From NCBI GenBank assembly GCA_963674745.2, contig CAXXDV010000003.1, forward strand, positions 2,528,001-2,592,000: 64,000 nt of DNA. Reading direction: 5' to 3'. Source of the stretch: Desulfosudaceae bacterium. Its GTDB lineage: Bacteria; Desulfobacterota; Desulfobacteria; Desulfobacterales; Desulfosudaceae. A program made the position numbers and the translations under genes. The notes under the pieces are model-generated. The model saw only the letters and a program-made list of their open reading frames with translations. It was not told where the DNA came from and searched no databases. Below, piece by piece: positions 59,237 through 64,000 of this stretch (within the stretch, counting starts at the first letter, position 1; each line of letters begins with the position of its first letter).

Positions 59237-60273
59237 AAATTCCCCAGAGCCCCGATCGCAAGGCTTAATAAAAACGTTTCAATGACGACGGTTATCAACA
59301 CCACGAAAGTCAGTTTTTTTCCGATAAACTTAATCAGCATCACCAGAGACGTAATGCAGACCGAGGTCGATGTCAGGGAAAAGGCCAGGGCCGTACCCAG
59401 CGGAAGGTTGGCGCATCTCATCAAGGGTTCTAAAAACAGCACATCAGCGCCATTGCAGAAATAAACCGGCACCCCGACCACGATGACCAGAACGGTCCCC
59501 AGAAAGTTGTTGCTCAGGTCGTAGTTTTTCAGCAGGCTGCCGGGAACATACAATTCGATCAACACCCCCATGGCGCCGGCAAGCAATAAAAAAGGAAATA
59601 TATTTTTAAAAATAACATAGGTGGTTTCATAAACATTGCTTTGGGCCATCGGGCAGCTTTTTTTTCCCGGGTTACACATGATCAGCGTACCCATCTCCTG
59701 CGGTTCCATTCTCCGATAAAACAGGTTGGCGATATAACCGGTTGAGACAGCGATGATAAATGAACAGATCACACGTAAAACAGCGTATCGCAACCCCAGG
59801 ACCGATATGGAAAGCATAATGATATAAGGGTTTAACAGGGGTGCGGCAACGACAAAGGTCATTACCGTCCCAAAGGATATTTTATTGCTCATGGTCTTAA
59901 TTAGCGGAATGGCGCTGCACGAACAGACCGGTATGATTGCCGCGTATAAAAAGGCCGAAGCCGGGTTATTGGGTATAAACCGCTTTAATTTAGAAAAATA
60001 TTTTTCCAGCAGACTGGCCACAAAAATACCGGCAATGACGACCAGGATCAATTCGATAAAATATTCGTAAAACATGAAAGCCGCTCGCGGCAGGGTAACG
60101 TAAAGGATGCACTCCTGACGGTTCAGATAGGTAATCCCGTTGGCATACTTATAGATCGTATCAATGATAAGTAAAAAAAAAGAGATCAGGATTAAACCCT
60201 TGATCCATAGTTCTCTGCGCACTTCGAATGTATTCCGCCTTTTGACAGCGGTAACAATTCTCATTTGAGACAA
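59227..60273 (-). CDS. Permease, DUF318/ArsP-like
   Basis: PVCSCSAIP, AAPLLNP, PVYFCNG; multiple TM helices. Confidence 0.8.
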   Translation of the reverse strand: MSQMRIVTAVKRRNTFEVRRELWIKGLILISFFLLIIDTIYKYANGITYLNRQECILYVTLPRAAFMFYEYFIELILVVIAGIFVASLLEKYFSKLKRFIPNNPASAFLYAAIIPVCSCSAIPLIKTMSNKISFGTVMTFVVAAPLLNPYIIMLSISVLGLRYAVLRVICSFIIAVSTGYIANLFYRRMEPQEMGTLIMCNPGKKSCPMAQSNVYETTYVIFKNIFPFLLLAGAMGVLIELYVPGSLLKNYDLSNNFLGTVLVIVVGVPVYFCNGADVLFLEPLMRCANLPLGTALAFSLTSTSVCITSLVMLIKFIGKKLTFVVLITVVIETFLLSLAIGALGNLWV

Positions 60274-60404
60274 TCTCGATTTACTGAAATGATTTTTATT
60301 CCCCTTATAAAAAAATTATTATGGCATAAAGGGAACAGTAAATCAAGAGAATAGCACCTCGACCTAATCAATTTTAGTGTTATATTATAGATGTTTATAA
60401 TACC

Positions 60405-60583
60405 CCCGGCAGGGATCAGTTCACACTACCCACCAGCGGGTTTATTCGAAATTCTAAGGCTGCTCTCATTAAAAGGGGGCGGGCTTGTCGGTCCTCTGGC
60501 CGGAGCTGCTGTCACTGCTGACCATCGGTGTCTCTATTTTCACCCTGGCCACAGTCCGATTCGCCCGGCGCGCCGCCGCCTGA
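60405..60583 (+). pseudogene. Duplicated 3' end of the ABC permease gene
   Basis: 60472-60583 matches 49925-50036 (112 bp, 9 differences, all synonymous); the match is degenerate further upstream. Confidence 0.85.
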
Positions 60584-60585
60584 TG

Positions 60586-60729
60586 CGGGCACCTCTAAAA
60601 ATTGCCTTTTGGCCCGATGTCGGCGTTGTGCTCAAATTTTAATCCTCGAAATACGACTAAGTATTCCTCCGGTTAAAATTTTCGCGCGCCTTGACCTCGA
60701 ACCAAAATTCTAATTTTTAGAGATACCCG
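60586..60729. mobile_element. MITE-like element (144 bp)
   Basis: TIRs CGGGCACCTCTAAAAATT / AATTTTTAGAGATACCCG; the interior is an imperfect palindrome centred on AATAC-GACTAA-GTATT. Confidence 0.7.
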
Positions 60730-60967
60730 TAAGTTTAGTCATCCATTGCATTTTTCAATTCTTAAAAAAAATCGCCGCCCAACAGCGTATTGAAGAAGCA
60801 TCCGCCGCCTGATAGATTTAAGGGGTCAAGGGGGCTGAGTCATTAAGCCATGAACTCCGACCGTATTAAAAAACTCAAAAAATTGATATCGATTGTGTTA
60901 ACGCAAATAATACGGTAATATATTATATTCCTGAACTTTTGATTCACCCAACTTCTGCAATCAACCG

Positions 60968-62215
60968 ATGAGGCGGCTCATGCTGACGGAAAAAGAGAAA
61001 CTTGAACGGCTGACCATTCTGGGAATCGAGCTGAATCATATCCAGGATATGGATATCATGATGGAAAAAATCCTGACCGAGTCGCGATGTTTTGTCAATG
61101 CCGACGCCGGTTCCATCTATATCCGGGAAAATGACCGCCTGCGTTTTACCTACACCCAGAACGATACCCTTCAAAAACGGCTGGCACCGGGTGAAAAACT
61201 GATTTATTCCACCTTTAGCCTGCCCATTGACAAAAAAACCCTGTCCGGATATGTCACCCTGACCGGCGAGCCCCTAAATCTCGACGACGTTTATCAAATC
61301 GATCCGGTCAGTCCCTACCAGTTCGGCAAACGATTTGACGAGGCCACCGACTACAGAACCAAGTCGATTTTGACCATTCCCCTGGCCACACCCGGGGGTA
61401 AAACCCTGGGCGTTCTGCAGGTCATCAACGCCCGGGATGACGCCGGCCGGACGGTTGCCTTCAGCGACTCGGACGTGATGACCATGATGAACTTCGCCGG
61501 TATCGCCTCGGTCACCCTGGAACGCGCCCAGATGACCCGCGCCCTGCTGTTGCGGATGATCAAGATGGCCGAGATGAGGGATCCCAGGGAAACCGGTGCC
61601 CATGTCAACCGCGTCGGCGGTTATGCCGTGGAGTTGTATGAAAAATGGGCCCGGCGACGGGACATTCCGGAACAAGAGATCGAAAAAAACCGGGATCTGC
61701 TGAGGATGGCGGCCATGCTCCATGACGTGGGCAAGGTCGGTATTTCCGACACGATTTTAAAAAAACCCGGCAAACTGGACGAACAGGAATATGAAACCAT
61801 GAAGGACCATTCCGTGCTGGGCGCGCGGCTGTTTATCAACAGCCAGTCGGCTTTTGACGATACCGCCGCTGCCGTGGCACTGAACCATCATGAAAAATGG
61901 AATGGCTCCGGATACCCCGGGTATATCAACACCGCTACCGGGCGCCCTCTGCCGGAACATAAACAGCCCAACGGTCGGGCGGCCGGCAAAAAGGGAGAAG
62001 AAATCCCGATTTTCGGCCGAATTGTGGCTCTGGCCGATGTCTTTGACGCGTTGTCCTCCATCCGGGTCTACAAGCCCGCCTGGGATGAGGCCCGGGTGCT
62101 GGAAACCCTGCAAAAAGACGCGGGTTCCCATTTTGATCCCGAATTGGTGGAACTGTTTCTCGACAGCCTGGATATTATGCGCAGCATTCAGCAACGGTAT
62201 AAGGATGACGAATGA
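60968..62215 (+). CDS. GAF + HD-GYP cyclic-di-GMP phosphodiesterase
   Basis: GAF (ADAGSIY, YRTKSILTIPL, GVLQVIN); ETGAHVNRV, LHDVGK, HHEKWNGSGYP, ADVFDAL, HFDP. Confidence 0.92.
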   Translation: MRRLMLTEKEKLERLTILGIELNHIQDMDIMMEKILTESRCFVNADAGSIYIRENDRLRFTYTQNDTLQKRLAPGEKLIYSTFSLPIDKKTLSGYVTLTGEPLNLDDVYQIDPVSPYQFGKRFDEATDYRTKSILTIPLATPGGKTLGVLQVINARDDAGRTVAFSDSDVMTMMNFAGIASVTLERAQMTRALLLRMIKMAEMRDPRETGAHVNRVGGYAVELYEKWARRRDIPEQEIEKNRDLLRMAAMLHDVGKVGISDTILKKPGKLDEQEYETMKDHSVLGARLFINSQSAFDDTAAAVALNHHEKWNGSGYPGYINTATGRPLPEHKQPNGRAAGKKGEEIPIFGRIVALADVFDALSSIRVYKPAWDEARVLETLQKDAGSHFDPELVELFLDSLDIMRSIQQRYKDDE

Positions 62216-62309
62216 TGTGGTTATGTGTTTAAGTGGTTAGGTGATTAGGGGGGTGTGGGTCATGAGAGGCAGGGGCTTTGAAGGGTTTAAAGTTTTAAGT
62301 GATTAAGCC
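62213..62309 (+). repeat. Degenerate octamer tandem repeats (TTAAGTGA/TTATGTGT)
   Basis: ttatgtgt ttaagtgg ttaggtga ttaggggg ... ttaaagtt ttaagtga ttaagcct. Confidence 0.7.
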
Positions 62310-62312
62310 TTT

Positions 62313-62747
62313 TTATACCATTTCTTGACAGATTTCACAGTTCCAGTTTACAATTTCCAATCCTTTCTTAAATTCTTGTAACAATTCAACATGATTAAAA
62401 TATTCTTCTTTTGATGAAAAATCATATGCCCAAAGAGTTGATTCCAATGTCATAAGTTCTGGTGTTGGCATGCATGTAAATTCAAGATGCAACTGTTCCA
62501 TATATTCGTACTCACCATCTTCATCAGCCACTGAGAACTGGCGGACGAATTCAAAATAAAAAAGGCGCTCACCAGTAAAATCATAACATCCCGTCTGAAA
62601 CAGAATACCATCATCCTCACATTCAACTGGTTCGGCAACGAACTTTTTAAATGCCTTCCACGCAATACCCGGATCTGGCTTTTTAAAATCAAAGCCGCTG
62701 GAACTCAATATTTCAAGCAATCTTGCTTCCGCTTCATTGACTTTCAT
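62313..62747 (-). CDS. Hypothetical acidic, aromatic-rich protein (AT-rich gene)
   Basis: 144-aa ORF with GGAG RBS; visibly more AT-rich than the flanking genes. Confidence 0.7.
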   Translation of the reverse strand: MKVNEAEARLLEILSSSGFDFKKPDPGIAWKAFKKFVAEPVECEDDGILFQTGCYDFTGERLFYFEFVRQFSVADEDGEYEYMEQLHLEFTCMPTPELMTLESTLWAYDFSSKEEYFNHVELLQEFKKGLEIVNWNCEICQEMV

Positions 62748-62757
62748 TTTGTCTCCA

Positions 62758-62919
62758 AATCACTTAAAACCCGAACCAAAAACATAATCACAACTGGGCA
62801 CGGCACCGCCGTGCCCCTACATAAACACTTAACCACCTGAAAACCCGAACCACTTAATCACATAATCACTTAAACACATAATCACTTAATCACCTAAAAC
62901 CCTAACACTCTAAAACCTT
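62758..62919 (-). repeat. Inverted octamer tandem repeats containing a GTAG-type REP
   Basis: aatcactt/aaacacat/aaccactt units; REP GGGCACGGCACCGCCGTGCCCCTAC at 62796-62820. Confidence 0.8.
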
Positions 62920-62935
62920 TCCCTTCCCCGCACGG

Positions 62936-63574
62936 CTAGAGTAACCCCAAGCTAAATATTGCGGCGTTCCCGAGGACATGAATGGTGTAGGGGGTCATCA
63001 AGCTTTTTTCTTTTTCATAGGCCAGGCAGAAAACAATCCCGCCGATGGCCTGGGTAACCGGAATGGCCGCAACAGACAGGTGCAGGCCGGCAAATACGGC
63101 GGTGGCCACAATGACGCCGGTGGCCACCCCCCAACGTCGAAAATAACCGTACAAAAGCCCCCGGAAAAACAACTCCTCGGCAAGGGGGGACACCACCACG
63201 CCGGTTAAAAGATAAAGCGCCCCATCGGTTCCGGGAGGCAGGTCCAGCCGGAAAAAAAGGACCGGGTTGTTACCCGCGGCCAGCAGCAATGCGCCGGCAA
63301 CGGCTACCGCGCCGCCGAAAACAATCGACCAGCTCAACCCCGTCTTTAGCCCCCTGACGAAATCGCTTTTGCCCAGCCCCACGCCGGCCAGATCGCGCTG
63401 CCACAACCATATTAATAACAGCAACAGCAGCGTCTCGGCCATGCGAGCGGCCAGAAGCGCAACCGGTGGCGAGCACGTGCCTGCCGCCACGGTTGTCCGG
63501 GCCAGGGTTTCGACCAGCACAATCGCCGCCATGGCCGTAGCAACCGTTATCAGTCTGATTTTTCCGGTATCCAT
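62936..63574 (-). CDS. CPBP (CAAX/Abi) intramembrane glutamic endopeptidase
   Basis: PLAEELFFRG, FAGLH, HVLGN. Confidence 0.9.
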   Translation of the reverse strand: MDTGKIRLITVATAMAAIVLVETLARTTVAAGTCSPPVALLAARMAETLLLLLLIWLWQRDLAGVGLGKSDFVRGLKTGLSWSIVFGGAVAVAGALLLAAGNNPVLFFRLDLPPGTDGALYLLTGVVVSPLAEELFFRGLLYGYFRRWGVATGVIVATAVFAGLHLSVAAIPVTQAIGGIVFCLAYEKEKSLMTPYTIHVLGNAAIFSLGLL

Positions 63575-64000
63575 CCCAGTCTCCTGGAGTCCTTAAAGGC
63601 GTAAAACTGAACATACCAGTTATCGGTGGACTGCATTTTCTCAAGCACCACTTCCCTGTAAGACTCCTGGGTTTTGCCATCCAGATTTTCAAACCGATCA
63701 GCGATAGCAGCAATGGCTTTGCAGATGATATAGGCTGAATCTGATTCCAAAAATCGAAAAATGGCCCTGGTTGCTTCAGGGGCACGACTGTTCCCCAGAT
63801 TACTGACCAGCCAGTAGCGCTGGGCAAAATCCGTAGTTGTCAGCAGTTTCTGATACCCCGGGAAACCGGCGATATCCAACCGGTTGTCATGAATAAACCG
63901 CAAGGCGACGATGCGCTCTTTGCGGGTACCATCCCGGATAGCGGCTGCGGCCTGATCCCGTGTCAGCGTGTCCGCTGCCGGTGCATCCAGGGCCAGCATG
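63550..64000 (-). CDS. HEAT-repeat-like helical protein (5' part outside window)
   Basis: ERIVALRFI, QRYWLVSNLGNS, NWYVQFYAF; open to the window edge and overlapping the CPBP start. Confidence 0.55.
   Translation of the reverse strand, partial: MLALDAPAADTLTRDQAAAAIRDGTRKERIVALRFIHDNRLDIAGFPGYQKLLTTTDFAQRYWLVSNLGNSRAPEATRAIFRFLESDSAYIICKAIAAIADRFENLDGKTQESYREVVLEKMQSTDNWYVQFYAFKDSRRLGWIPEKSD

Noticed and set aside
60391..60642. 83-aa ORF as a real gene
   Set aside because: It is an out-of-frame reading across the duplicated permease end and the MITE.

Overview
This is a bacterial chromosomal window. Gene content and repeat types suggest an anaerobic deltaproteobacterium of the Desulfobacterales type (inference). 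The left ~26 kb is a rearranged accessory region that looks dedicated to hydrophobic-substrate metabolism. It contains: two paralogous sigma54-driven modules, each a secreted alpha/beta-hydrolase plus a membrane-anchored partner; two tandem GAF-type sigma54 activators; an AraC regulator; and an atypical 906-aa glycyl radical enzyme (ACVG Cys loop, ~85-90 aa insertion) with its activase. An SDR + EthD-like operon 14.7 kb away shares a nearly identical ~80-bp upstream element with the GRE. This region also carries hipBA, two IS91-family right-end remnants facing each other, an IS1182 inserted in the loop of a REP hairpin, and an AAA+/DUF4143 gene with an in-frame deletion. The middle holds a glycosyltransferase cluster, queE-queC, an M48 peptidase, a catalytically degenerate MBL-fold gene, GT4+HAD, minor type IV pilins, a tRNA nucleotidyltransferase and a TetR-TolC-HlyD-ABC efflux operon. 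The right end holds a 2580-aa surface protein block bracketed by a duplicated junction that differs only at synonymous sites, a MITE, an HD-GYP gene, an orphan gene flanked by inverted octamer repeats, and a CPBP protease. No rRNA, tRNA or CRISPR array was seen. All family calls come from motif recognition by eye; no database searches were run.
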